Positions 11,121 through 24,268 of a stretch of DNA of 64,000 bases are shown one piece after another; the first letter of the stretch is position 1; the number at the start of each line of letters is the position of its first letter. Both the position numbers and the translations under genes were made by a program. The stretch comes from Asterias rubens. Its lineage: Eukaryota. The notes under the pieces were generated by a model that saw nothing but the letters and a program-made list of their open reading frames with translations, was not told where the DNA came from and made no database searches. The stretch covers positions 7,316,001-7,380,000 of the forward strand of contig NC_047074.1 of assembly GCF_902459465.1 (NCBI RefSeq), in the 5' to 3' direction.

Positions 11121-14100
11121 ATCGTGTTTATTCAGAATTTGTGTTTTTTTCTTTCAAGAATGACTTGACAAGTTTTTCAAAAGTTGTCTCACTTTAACAA
11201 CATTTTTCCATCAAACAAAATATAAATTTCTACTTTTCGGACTCCTGGCTCAATATTTACTGATTGCATTCTCATAGTTTTTCCTTTTGACATTTTGATG
11301 AATCACAACGATTCTTTCCGGTGACTGTGTAGATGTTCTTTACTCTGTTGCTATAGCACAGACTGATGAATGTATGTATGCAATCACTTCTGTCAACTGA
11401 ATTCAACTTTCCCATTTGGATGACAGGTAAATATTATTATGCACATTTTAAAAATGATATCATTGAATTATTCATCTTGTAATCACAGTGTCCCTAGAAA
11501 CATAAATAGGAAGATGTTATGAACTCTCACTGAGAAGAGTAAAACCAGGTTAAAGACCCTCACCTTTTGTGTCGCTTGACGCTAAGCAATGTGATGTCAA
11601 GCATCAAATTGGGAATCATGCATACATTCAGGGTTGACTCAATCACCAATGAGTTTACATGCGGGGCATTGCCCCTGCCAGAACTTGACATCTATAGCTG
11701 TATTAAAGACACCTGGGCAGGATTTCACATGGATGTTTAGCACAGACATGTGGTAAGCACAAATCATTCGCTTAGCAAAGTTAAGTTACCGGCCAACTTG
11801 CCATTCAAAGCATTGCTTGTGACTGACTCTCAGCCAAATTTTGCCTCCATGATATATTTCGTAAGAATTAGTGCTTGCTCAAAACCTCTAAGAAATTTTA
11901 CAAGTGGCTAGAAATTCATTGGTACTGCCACTGGAATTGACAATTTTATGGGGATTTTGTTGAATGGAATATAAAGATAACTGCAATGGATGCCATCATA
12001 GCATACAACAGCAAAGTCTCAGAGCCATGTATATAACCCCTAATCGTAATTTGATACAATGATGGCTAGAAAACCTTGCCTGACATGTCAATGCTACTTT
12101 TACTTCCATTTAATGCGCACTTAAGAAAGGTATTTCCAAGGGATCCCAAAAGGTGACTTAAATTCCCCCATTTCTAGAAGCAAATTACATGTTTTTGACA
12201 TTGAGTCTTGTGTCTTGAACACAACTTTAAACATTTGTAATACATAATTTGTTGGCAAAATGGTGAATTTTAAAATTATTTCCCCGATATCATCTCCTCG
12301 AAAAGTTGTGTGAATGCGAATCGAATGTTGAGGTCACAAATTCACAACAAATAGTTTGCAACAGTTGAGGTGTTCTCAACTTACTTGGGAATTCGCAGTG
12401 AAAACAGAGTTGTGATATCAAATTCACACCAAACTCGCTTCGCATTCGCATTTATGAACCAGGCTTTTTTCTCATGTACGATGAAACTCAAGAACATTAT
12501 ACATGGGTACGTCTAGATGGTAACATCACCACCCTGGAGTTCTTGTGCTGTGCAAATATTAGTCCCATCAGGGAGATTGCTCATCTATGCAGCTAAAGGG
12601 TAGATGGACTCAAGATACATCTCTGCCTCATCTTGAAATATATCCTCCCCTAATCCAAGACAGGGTATTAAGAGAGGTTTAATAAGGCTGAGGTGTTGAT
12701 GAAACATTCCCTATAAGATGCTAGTGTCAACCATCTCATATCCTCGATCATAGACATTCCTCCCTGAGATGGACACAGCAACTGCTTGTCAAAGTTCAAT
12801 ACTAGCTCATCATATTACAGTTCAAAAGGTCTACAGACTTCGAAGGTAAACTTCATTCTTGGATCACTTTGTGTTTAGGGAGACAAGTATAAATAATCTA
12901 CTTCAACAACAAGTTCACAAACAGTGCCTATTACAAAACATGTAGCAGTATGACTACAAGACTTATTTGTGCCCCATCCAAAAAGTTTCCAGTACCAAAT
13001 ATCGCGGTAATTCGGCGACCGTGGATCCCAAAATAATAAAAATGACCAAGCTTATCACAATTTCACTGGTCCGATACTAAAATCACTGGTCTGCAGAACC
13101 CAGTAATTTGAAGCCCTGTTGACGCCTTAGTCAGTTAAGTCACAACCAGCACAACAACCAAGAGGCGTTTCCACAATGCCACCATAAATCTCTCCCAATA
13201 ACTGAATATCCAAACTGCGCTAAGCCAACTCCTTACCATTATCGTGTCTCTTTGTGACATCCGAGCCAATTTAGACAAGTATATAAAATATTGATAGCCA
13301 CTCATCCAGAATACTGCTCTCATATATTATAGTCATTTACCCAAATATTCCTGACGCCAAATTATATTGTGTTTGTTCTGCTCATGTACAGAAGAGTTAT
13401 GTTTGTAATTAGGAAGTTTAATCTGACATTTAAAATAAACAGTTGTCAAACAGGAAATTCATAAATAACAAAATTATATAACCAATTTTGTGAAATAAAG
13501 AATTACACATTAGAGAGTTACTCAAGCATAATGGATTGATGTCATTTGTTTGGAAAGTGAGAAAAGAGATGTTGAAATAAATCAGGGATAAAACAAACAA
13601 AAGCACAGAAGATAATATTCTTGGAACTGTTAGTTAGCTTTATCTGACCATTTCCCAATGTTTTAATTCAAACCCACAATCAGAAATAAAACCTTCCAGT
13701 TTGGTATTTTTCATGTGATATTTTAAACATTAAATCTCCCAAACCCCCGACAATCTACTCCGCAGTAGTAGAATAAAGAAAGACAGATCTCTAAGAACAA
13801 ACTCTACCTGGCAAGTAGGTACACACATGGTGTTACCGCAAACCAAATATATATTTTCCAAACAATTCAATCACTCTGAATCCTATAAAATGAATGACAT
13901 CCAGTGAGTATCCTCAACCAATGCTAGCCACAGCCCATCAAGAGACTGTCACAGACTATTTCCTTCAACAAAGTTCGCTTTGAGAGAAGAGCAGAAATAC
14001 CCCCCTGTAAGAATGACCTAAATCCTTGCTCCAGTTTCCCCCTCTCTCTAACACAGTACCCGATCCAACCATGGAGGAACAGCTGGAGGCACCAGTCTAA

Positions 14101-14680
14101 TATGTGCTTTATGAATGGGTAACTACTGGTCGCTACACAACTTTTGAAAACAAAACAATTTCAGGAGTCCGTGCCGAGTGTTGATCACATGCAAAGCCAT
14201 TGATTGGTGTAAGCAGGGGCTCACCTGGGTGCTGTAAATGCTGCTCGACCCATGCCCCAAAGAGTCAAGGAGAACCCCTGCTGTTTCTATGACAACTGTT
14301 ATGAAACAATATTTAAAGCGACCTGGGAGAGTGGACAAGACGTAGAAGCTGTCAGGATAGAGGTGGGAGGTCCGAGATCCGATTGCGCAAATCAACACCT
14401 CAGCTTTACGATATATGCAGGTTATCTATTGGTGGTGTTGGTATACTTAGAAGCTGTCAGGCCTCTCCCTGTGATGGCACAGTGGGATGGCTAAAAACTA
14501 AAGGCCTTGTATCTCATTAGAATTAAGGCAGTCAAATCAACAAGGTTCTGATCTGGGTTTTTTGGGATATCATTTTCCCTGAAAAAATAATAATAAAGAT
14601 TTATTTATAAGTACTTATTCTTTCATCATCATGGTTTATCTTGTTCCTCAAGGGGCATCTTGTTATTTTCGCATTTGATT

Positions 14681-14700
14681 GTTTGTTTGTTTGTTTGTTT
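14681..14700. repeat. (GTTT)5 microsatellite
   Basis: Read directly from sequence. Confidence 0.9.
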
Positions 14701-15685
14701 GGGTTCTGCGTTTGTTTACCGATCTCATTTTTTTATCTTACCATGGTCTGTTAAATATAAATTGTGCTGTTATTCTACTGTGCTGTTGTTCTTAAAGGAA
14801 TAACAAACTGATCCCCTCATTAGCGAAAATATACGAAATATCCCAGATAACAGATAAGTCTAACTCTGAAAAGGGTAGACAGGAAAACAAATTAAAAAGC
14901 AAGACAGAGGTGACAACAATAACAACTGTATTTATATAGCGCCTAACACCTTAAGGAGAAAGTCTCTCGCACCCAGGCAGGGGGCAGAGGGCAAATTATT
15001 TTTATCATCTTTAAACAAGTCTTTTAGGGTAAGCCAGAGGGGGGGGGGGTGGCTTCTTTTTGAAAAAGAAGTACTATATAGTGGAAACTTTGGGGAACTC
15101 CTGAAGAATAACAGTGAAAAAGACGGACCCCACAAAGACCACATCAAACATGACAGTAATTCGCTTCAGATGTGACCAACCCTTTTTAACTATTTTCCGT
15201 AAATTGGACTCCGGGTTTGGACAAAAGCTCAGAATGATTTCCCTTGAAACTAACGCTCCACGCATAACAGACAAACAACAAGAAACCTGACTTTGCTGTT
15301 TTGAGGAGTATGCACCGAGAAGTGTTGATGACGTCAATTTAAATTAAAGCTAGTCCTGTATCCCCACTTCGGAAGAGCAAAAACCCAAAACAGATTGCAG
15401 ACCATTGTGAAAGGATTTCTGTTTTGACCACTCCATATTGGACGTTTTTAATGAAGACGTCATTTGTTTCCTCCATCATGAACCAAAACTTACAAGCTCA
15501 AATGATAAATCTTTTGTCCAAAGAATATTGTTGACAGTGATTTCTGTAAGACACTTTTTCAATCTCCGGTTTGTGCTCTCAATAAGAGCCAATGAAGACG
15601 TCACTATACAGCAATACTGTCTTGAACCCCACTGGAGGGCCTGGAAGACTTGCAAAGGGGCATGGAGATGTGATCTCTGTTTGTA

Positions 15686-15829
15686 AAGGCCTGGAATTTC
15701 ACCTTTGAAAGGGCAAGGCCATTTTCATTTTGCAAAGGGCACTTCCATTGGAAAATCTGTAAGTCTATGAAGGGGCACCAAGGCCAAGACCAGGGGCAAT
15801 AAAGGCCATGCCATGTAATTCCAGGCCTG
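15686..15829. mobile_element. hAT-like non-autonomous element
   Basis: AGGCCTGGAATT / AATTCCAGGCCTG TIRs. Body GGGCACCAAGGC...GACCAGGGG is shared with 1341-1517. Confidence 0.5.
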
Positions 15830-18800
15830 TATGTATACAAGAACCTCAGATAGCTATGATGTTTATAAGATGTAAGATGCTGTATGTAGTCTTAGACATG
15901 CACTGTCCAATTTTGATAACACACCCTGTATTAAACAAATGTTGATGCCAGCGCCCACACAGAATGTCCACAAAATATACACTTTAGTTTTACTTACAAT
16001 GTATTGCTCAAGTCATAAAGCCAGAGGGGATACATTGCTTTCAAAAATAGATGCTATGAATCAACATGTATTTATGAATTAAAACAACAGTAGAAATAAG
16101 AACAAAAACAACAAACAAACCAACACCCAAACACTCAAACAATTGAAAAGAAAAAGAAAAATTGACAAACCTTGAAGAGCTTTATAATTTTACAAGTATA
16201 GTACAATTAGCAATACTTGTCAGTATTAACCATTAGTTGAATAATAACAAGTATTTTAAAATGTCTGCATTTTCATTGCATGTGCAAAAAACAAAACTTT
16301 CAAAGGTATACAACTCTTGAAACCCAAAGTATCCCACAGAAAGAAGCAAAGCCGCTCATATCACCTGTACTGTGATTGCATAAAATGAACCAAAAAGAAC
16401 ATTCCCACATCATAGTACAATAATGTCTGAAACAACGTTGATATAGTGTGTATAGACTATCAGACATTCCACTTAACGAAGGTTAAAAAAAAAAAAAAAA
16501 AAAATTATCTCTGTTATCGCTGATGAAACTATTTGGTCAACATGCGATTCCATTTATGTACTTTTCCACAGAAGTTTGCAAATAAAAAACCACTACATGG
16601 TACAAATACATAAAAGGACAAAGTAAATTATCTCAGTAAATACAGTACTTGGGCCAGGGCACTTTTTTCCCCACAGCCAAACTTCCAGAATATCAAGTAC
16701 ATTTTTGTGTTATGAATCATATCACTTGAACAAACTGCAGTTAATGCACGGCTAAGGACATTTGAAGGGAAGGTGATGCCGTTACAAAAATATACATTCA
16801 TTCCAATAAGAAACACATTAAATAGGATATTACATTAATATTTGTTTTCAAGAGAGCCTACATTTCTATCTTCAATTGTCAATTGCATACAATCAATCTT
16901 TGTTGTTTTAATTTTAAATATTGCTGAGAAAACATGTGGTTCATTTGGAAATTGAGAAATTTCAGGACTGCGCTTAAATTTCAACTCAAATGTGGCCGGG
17001 CACAGCTTCACAAGTGATTTGGGTCGGACAAAGCAGTCAACAACATCTAATTCTTGTGGGGGGTTTTTCAACTTGATTCACAATTAGTTTTATGATTAAA
17101 TTTAATGAAACTTAACTTGATACAAAACACTCGCCCAAAACATGAAATAAATGGCAACCCTTTAAGAACTACCAACCTCTCACCTTTAAGTTGGTTACGC
17201 ATCTGTTATTAATTTGCCACCTATGTCTGGCTGAATTAGTCTAGGGAATTACATGACATATTAATAGACTAATCAGCCCAACCATACATAACTGTCCTGT
17301 CCCATCTTTGTATAGTTAAAGGCACATTGGGGTTTTCAGAAGAGTAGCTTCAATCTAAGGTTCTATTCACACGAGAGCAATTTAACTGGGGTCCCATGCT
17401 TAATTTTAGCATGGTTGTCCCTACACATGAGGTATGTTTTGTAAAATGAGAATGCAAATGCGATGCAAATTTGACGTTATAACTCTGTCAACTGCTGTGA
17501 ATTCGTTGCGAATTTGTGACGTCGACATTTGTATGAACCGGGCTTTATTCAACAGAGCAATGTTTTATAGTCCTTTGGAATCTGCTCCACAGAGCTGCCA
17601 TTATAATGTTTTTTAGAAGCTTTATATCTTTTCTTGTCAGGCATCGATCTCATCAGGCTTTTATAATACGATTACGGCAATTCAAATAAGCTGAGTAAGA
17701 TTTGAATATATGAATTGTATAAAAGACAAAAATCTGTACAGGTTATTTAAACTGCGGATGGCTTAATTCGGACAAAATAGTGCTAATAATGTCGGATCTT
17801 CAGTTAGTTGAAATATTATCTCAACTCCACAATGCTGAGACTTTAAGGATTTCAAAAAAAGAGTTTGGTATCTAACTTTTTGGAGGTTTTTCCTTCCTAA
17901 ATCAAAGTACTTCAAATCAAGGCAAAGTCATCCTCAAGTGCACACAACGTCAATAACCCATCCTTTCTTTCTTTAGACAACCAGAAAAACAAGATGCAAT
18001 CATGATGAAATATGAAATGATGTTTTCCATTCAGAATATTACTGCAAAACAGTGCATCATGTAAGCAGATACGTACTGCTCCTAAACTGTTGTGTCAACA
18101 ACCGGCAAACAACTCTACGCAGAGTTTCACACTGCTAGGAGCGTGGGTCAAATGTCAATGCTGCGGCATGTAAGTGGCTCACTTGTAAAGCTATGAAGCT
18201 CAAAATGTTCCTGGCAATTACACATGTATACCCTGGAACTAACTTATCACAGCTGGGGCAGATGCACATTTATGCCTTGAATCCCTAAGAAGGGAGAAGC
18301 GAGGGGGAAACAAGAATGAAGCCAAAAAAACAACATACAGATGGAGGTTTTTTTGTGGACATTTTTTATTTTGTTAAGGGGAATCTGGGTATGTCTTGCT
18401 GTAAATAGTACGTGATGGAATGCCTTTAATTTGGCTTCGTCTTTGTTTGTCTAGGTTGAAAATGGCTGCGGTGGGCTCCCAAGTTCGCTTTGAAGCATGT
18501 TGTACAAGGTTTTTGAGCTGTTTGAAATTCAGCCATGTATATTTCCTATTTCGACAAGTAATTAGCCACCAAGCATAGTTATGAAAACATTTCAAAAATA
18601 ATGTTCTAAAAAGCCATTGTATACTGAATGGAATGGAAATATTTGTTAACCATTCATGAGGAAACCAGCCACCCAAAATATATGAGGGCTAAGTTTTGAC
18701 TCTTTTATAACCTGTTGTTGCAATGCAAACATTTTCTATGACTACATCATACGTTATTAAGGAATGCACTGACAACATTTAAAACAGGAACTCATTCATT

Positions 18801-20026
18801 TACATTGCTTTCATTTAGAACAATATTTAACAAATTCTTCAAGAAACATTTGCAACTCGAAGAGTTGGGGTGTCATTTTTGTTAAAAAAACACACAAGCT
18901 AATACAATTAAATACAATCGCCCCTTTGACAAATGATCTTGTAAATATAATGAAACATGCAAAGACAGATGTTACTTCCTCATTATAAAAGATTAAATGG
19001 TAAAGTGGTTTCTGGTTTGCATTTGTAACGGTGCTTTTTAAGTGCTTTTAATTGTGCTTATTCCCAGCGCACAAGCAGAGCTGTCCGTGTTGATTTTCAT
19101 CATCACTGGTCCACACCATGGTGGCAGCACACACAGTCTGCCATACTCAAATTATGACTGCATAAACAACATCAGCATAAATAGCAGACCCTTAACTTAC
19201 CAGATGTTTTTTACAACACAATGTACGTGAATCCAAGTTGCCGCCTAAAAAATGTACACCGTAGTCAGATAAAACCAGTTGTCCACATTATGTGCATAAT
19301 GACCTCCACGCAGAATGACACCAAACACAATGTTCTTTTTTCTCTCCTCTATTCGTTGGGAGAGAGATGCTGGAGCTCTTACTACAGACCGGCTATCTTA
19401 TGGCCCCGATCTAATCAGTTGACAATCAGTGGGCGGAATAGACCATTCATCAGGAGGCCGTGCTGACCCAGATCCATACTAATAAACTCTCTGTCAAATA
19501 AGGATGACGAGGGGGGGGGGGGGGAGGTGAGAGTCGTCTGATACTGACACAGATGATAGTGGTTATGGGCCAAAGTACTTGGTAACCATACAGGGGTATA
19601 GGCAAGAGCTCAGCACTCTCTGCAATAACAAACGCCAGTGATGTTTGTGAATGAAATGTGAATTTGATTTGATTTGTCTGGGGCACAAGGAGTATAGGAA
19701 CTTGTTACCAAGCCTTCAGGGTGAATTTCAAACCCCCTGCGTGTATGTAGTGTTAAAGCTTAATTCATTCTCCTTGTCGAGCCGCTGGACTTAGAGGTTA
19801 ATTTGCGACAGCATTTTCTTTACTTGTAATGTAAGGAGAAAAGTGTAATCTGAAAAAATATTCACAAAGTACAGGGCATGGAGGCGACTGCAATCCCACA
19901 CATCACATACAGAAAAAAGAAGAAAAAAAAACCTGTCACTACAAAGCATTTGGGCAATCTTTCAGCACCTCCCTTTAAAAACGAAAACCAGAATGTTCCA
20001 CTTCAACTGATTTCTACTTCCAAATG

Positions 20027-20100
20027 AATAATCATAATAATGAGAACTTATAAAGCGCACAAATCCATCCAAGTGCTCATGGCGCTAAATACAAAGAATA
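20027..20100 (-). mobile_element. L2-type LINE/SINE 3' tail fragment
   Basis: Minus strand GCGCCATGAGCAC...GTGCGCTTTATAAG followed by ATTATT. Confidence 0.5.
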
Positions 20101-22164
20101 ATATTTACATATACAATAACCAAAATTGAAACGTAAGCCTAAGCTAAGAAGAAATCCAGAACATGTTGAAGAGAAATACAATACAAAAAATACGTATAAA
20201 TAAAATCATATGTATTTTAAGTAACAGTGTTATAGGCCTACAATACTTATGACGTAAACAGTAGTAATATTATTCTCTCGTCGTCCAATATTTTGTGTCC
20301 TACAAAAATTTAGTGAAACATTGCTATAGTTCAGAGGAAAGTTCTTTGAATCTTGCAAACAACCGAGAATACGCTAGAATACCAGTTAATACAATATGTA
20401 TACATGCAACCTGCTGGCATGGTCAGTGGATAAACAGCCCCCAAAAGGGCACAATAGGTATTGTTATTCAAGGTGTTCCAATTTGACCATTTTCTCATGT
20501 TCTATATATTTTGTACAATAGTGAAGGACAGAGCTGTCGAAAACAACCAAATGAAATAGACGGGTTCCATTCAAGGCCATAGTGCCTTCCATTCAATTCT
20601 GTTTTGATTGGCCAGGGACCCAGACACTTTGGCTGCACAGTGGACAATTATTTTGGTATTATGATACACTATGGCAACCGCAATTTAAATATTATCCCAT
20701 GTAATACACACGTAGCTAAATTAAAAAAGCTATATTGGGAGACTGCAAAATATTAACAAGGTCAGATATGGACCTTGCCTCCAGTAATATACACAAGTAT
20801 CTCTACAAAGCTAGTGATGTACCATATATTTGGGTATAAGAGCGTTTACCCCATCAAGTCTATTTTAAAATGAAAAAGTCCTATGCTGAATTTCTATATC
20901 TCTCACAGCTTAACATACAACATGGCAACATTCCATAGAAATTTTTGGGTAAAGCGTGTGATGTGGAACGTGAACAAATTCCAACAATGAGTTTTTGCTC
21001 ACTCCAGTCAAGTTGGCACCTTCTTCCAACTGATTAACAATGATTTCAATAATAGACACACTTTCCATTCAATGGTGTGCATAAAATGTCAATTCAAGTC
21101 CAACTGTTGACTGATCTCCTAAAGCGTTATTTATAAAGAGACTGTTCACTCATGGGAAAAGGTATGGGATCAAATACATCATCCAGAAAAAAAGACATTT
21201 ACATCAGGGGAGACAAATCCCTAGACTTTTAAAGCTGGATTTGATTGATGTGTATTTGTGTATCGTGAAGAATAACAAAACTGATTTGATTGTTAAAAAA
21301 AACTGGCTGTTATTGGACAGTCAGTTAGTTTATAATTAAAAAAAAGTGGAGAGAAGCGCATTAGAACAGGGTTACCATAAGGAATTATACAGCATTTTGT
21401 GTTTTAGTTCAACTACATCCTTTATTTTGTAAGTAATATAGGTTTCCCTCTTCCCAAAACGGGGGGAAACAACTAACACAACCCAACAATTTCATTGCCA
21501 TTTTCAGCAAACCAAGAGAAAATATTGCCGTTTACACAGACAATGAGACAAAACTATTGACTGGTTAAAAAAAGTGTGTGAGATTCTCACACACCGAACG
21601 ACACAATCTATTTTTGCATCCCTGTGGAGACATCTATTGTTCTTTCCTTTGTCCCTGTATTTAGCATCCTCCCACATACTTAGTACACAACATTCCTGGT
21701 GGAGCATCCCAAAGACTAGAATTCAAAAGACCTTTGGTTTGTACCCTTTTTTTTTCCTTTTCCCTTTTTTTTCCCCAGTCGCCATGAGGTAGTAGTGAAT
21801 ATTAGAAAAAATCACAAAAAAATCTTCCTAAATTAGGTTCAAATTTAGTTCCATCTCCATAGCACTAGGACGCATTGATCCTAACTTTGGACGAGATAGG
21901 ATTAATCCTAGCGTTTTGTGAAAGTGGCTGCTGGTTTGCTCAAAAAGTGTTTGTGATTCACGAACATTAGGTCAAACATTTAACATCATTGGAAATAAGA
22001 TAACTGGATTCATACTCTAAGCGGACACGACAAGGATCAGAAACCTGAGTAACCTCTTTGGCAGAGTTTCCTTATCACATTTCTTTGTGCCGTCTCCCGA
22101 TTTTTCACCAAACACAAGTAATCAGAAAACTCAAATGCAAATTTCCAAACATGAGCAAAATATT

Positions 22165-22230
22165 CTCCTGAAGACAAGCAGAGTATACTGTTGGAAACTG
22201 TCCCTACCCGCTCTTCTCAGAGCCAATACT
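22165..22230 (+). ncRNA. Second degenerate hammerhead-like copy
   Basis: CTC-CTGAAGA-C-AAGCAG-AGTATA-CTGTTG-GAAAC-TGTC, homologous to 846-935. Confidence 0.5.
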
Positions 22231-23334
22231 CACACAATACACATGTTTGTACCCGCAAGTTGACTATTTATTTATACTTTCTTCCTAGTGAGCCAAAATC
22301 TCTGAAACTATTCCATGTTTGATCATCACTAAAAACAGAAACACTCTCGTGATCTGAGAGAGACACTCACCTGATCTGAGTAACAAATCGGCGGCTCATT
22401 CATATCCTGCATGAGTGGTGGCGGAGGATGATGGTGAGTATAGTCCAAAGGCATGGAATACATGACGAGTTTTATAACTTTGTTTGTTTTTAAATTTCAA
22501 ACCAATAATAGTTCTTTAGTGGAGTCTAGCTGTCCACAATGGGATTTGTTCTTTTCCAGTAAGCAAAGACGGGATCCTAAAAAAGGCAGTGTACTCTTGA
22601 GTTGCTATGATGTGGAGCTACCACCATGCGCTACTGTACAACCAAACAGTCCACTGTGTGGAGAGTTAACGAGCGACCGGCTCTTTGAACACGCATGAAA
22701 CCCCTGTTCACTGTAGACTCCACGTCTGGACTTGCCGACAACAATACCAAACAAAACCACCCACTAGGTCTCGCAGTTTGGTCTGCCTCTGACACACACA
22801 CACGCACACCTATCACACGTCCATGTATTCTATCACACAACTCTTCCCATAAAAAAAAGGCAGAGTCCTATTTTCTATTCTCCCAACCCTTTTTGATGGA
22901 TGGTGAAGACTAACGTATACATGAAGTCTCTTTGTTATCAGTTGGGGCTGTCTCACCCAGCAATGCTGAGAGGTGGCGACTCCAAACACCAATATAGAAA
23001 TAGACAATAAGGCCATCACTAAATAGAAAATACAAAATTCATAGAAATTCAAGTTTTATGTTTGTTTGTGAACACAACTGGGTCAGGGTATCCGTGGTGA
23101 AGAATCAGTGGCTATGAGTGCTGTCTGTCTCCCTCATGCATATCAAGACAAATTATCCCTGGTTAATCAAGGTTAGTTATCAATCCACCCAACCTCCTTC
23201 TCTACTCTGCTGCCAATCACCACAGACTAAATTAACAATCCAAGGTAAACATGGTTGTGACAATGGGCCAGTGATACACGGTGCTTTGTTCTTGGCATAC
23301 CCAATCATGGCAGAGCGATCATCAAGTGTCGAGA

Positions 23335-23731
23335 TTAAAGGCACTGGACACTACTGGTAATTACTCAAAATAATTGTTAGCATTTAAAACTGACTTGGTA
23401 ACAAGCAATGGAGAGCTGTTGATAGTGTAAAACATTGTGAGAAATGGCTCCCTCTGAAGTATTGTAGTTTTCGAGAAAGAAGTAAATTTCCACTAAAATA
23501 TTTGAATTTGATTTCGAGACCTCAGAATGGGATTTTGAGGTCTCGAAATCAAGCATCTGAAAGCACACAACTTCTGATGACAAGGGTGTTTTTTCTTCCA
23601 TTATTATCTTGCAACTTCGACGGCCAATCAAGTTCAAAATTTCACAGGTTTGTTACTTTATGCATATGTTGAGATACACCAAGTGAGAGGGCTGGCCTTT
23701 GACAATTACCAAAGGTGTCCAGTGTCTTTAA
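23335..23731. mobile_element. Kolobok-type MITE family A, complete (coordinates include TTAA TSDs)
   Basis: TTAA-AGGCACTGGACAC...GTGTCCAGTGTCT-TTAA. About 25-bp TIRs, AG..CT termini and a TTAA duplication, which is the Kolobok/T2 signature. Confidence 0.9.
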
Positions 23732-23965
23732 GCACTGTCTCCTTTGACAGAGAACTGTTTGCTGAGGGGCGGGGAGAGGGAGGGGCGATTTGATAGATAC
23801 AAGACTTTTAACTGGTGCCATCCTCAGTGGTTGAACCATTCAGTGGCGATGCAGTCATTTGTAGACAGCGTGTAAACACAACCTCAATGATTAACTATAA
23901 TTGAAGGTCCATGGTCAACACTTTGTATTATGTAAGTAGGGCAATATGAATTCCAACTGGGGCTT

Positions 23966-24268
23966 TTAAAGGAACAAGTTGCCTTGGATCGGTCGACTTG
24001 GTCTTTGAAAAGTGTTTGTAAGCGTTTGTTATAAAATGCATATGGGCAGAAAGATGTTTTAAAAGTAGTATACAATGATCCACACAAACATGCCTTGAAT
24101 TGCACGGTTTTCCTTTTACTTCGTCGATTAACACGGTCGGTACACTTGTGTGGATAATTATATTCTACTTTTACAACATCTTTCCAACCATATGCATTTT
24201 ATAACAAACGGTTACAAACGCTCTTTTATAGACCAACTCGTCCGATCCAAGGCAACGTGCCCCTTTAA
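23966..24268. mobile_element. Kolobok-type MITE family B with about 120-bp imperfect TIRs
   Basis: TTAA-AGGAACAAGTTGCCTTGGATCGG...CCGATCCAAGGCAACGTGCCCCT-TTAA. Confidence 0.85.

Noticed and set aside
23377-23637. Recurrent short ORFs such as MSHEVVCFQMLDFETS and MEEKTPLS (also 488, 10849, 28090, 44557, 60362, 62884)
   Set aside because: All fall within family A MITE copies and are broken differently in each copy.
23335-23731. piggyBac assignment for the TTAA-flanked MITEs
   Set aside because: Termini are AG...CT (purine-purine start) rather than the CC...GG typical of piggyBac, which fits Kolobok/T2 better.
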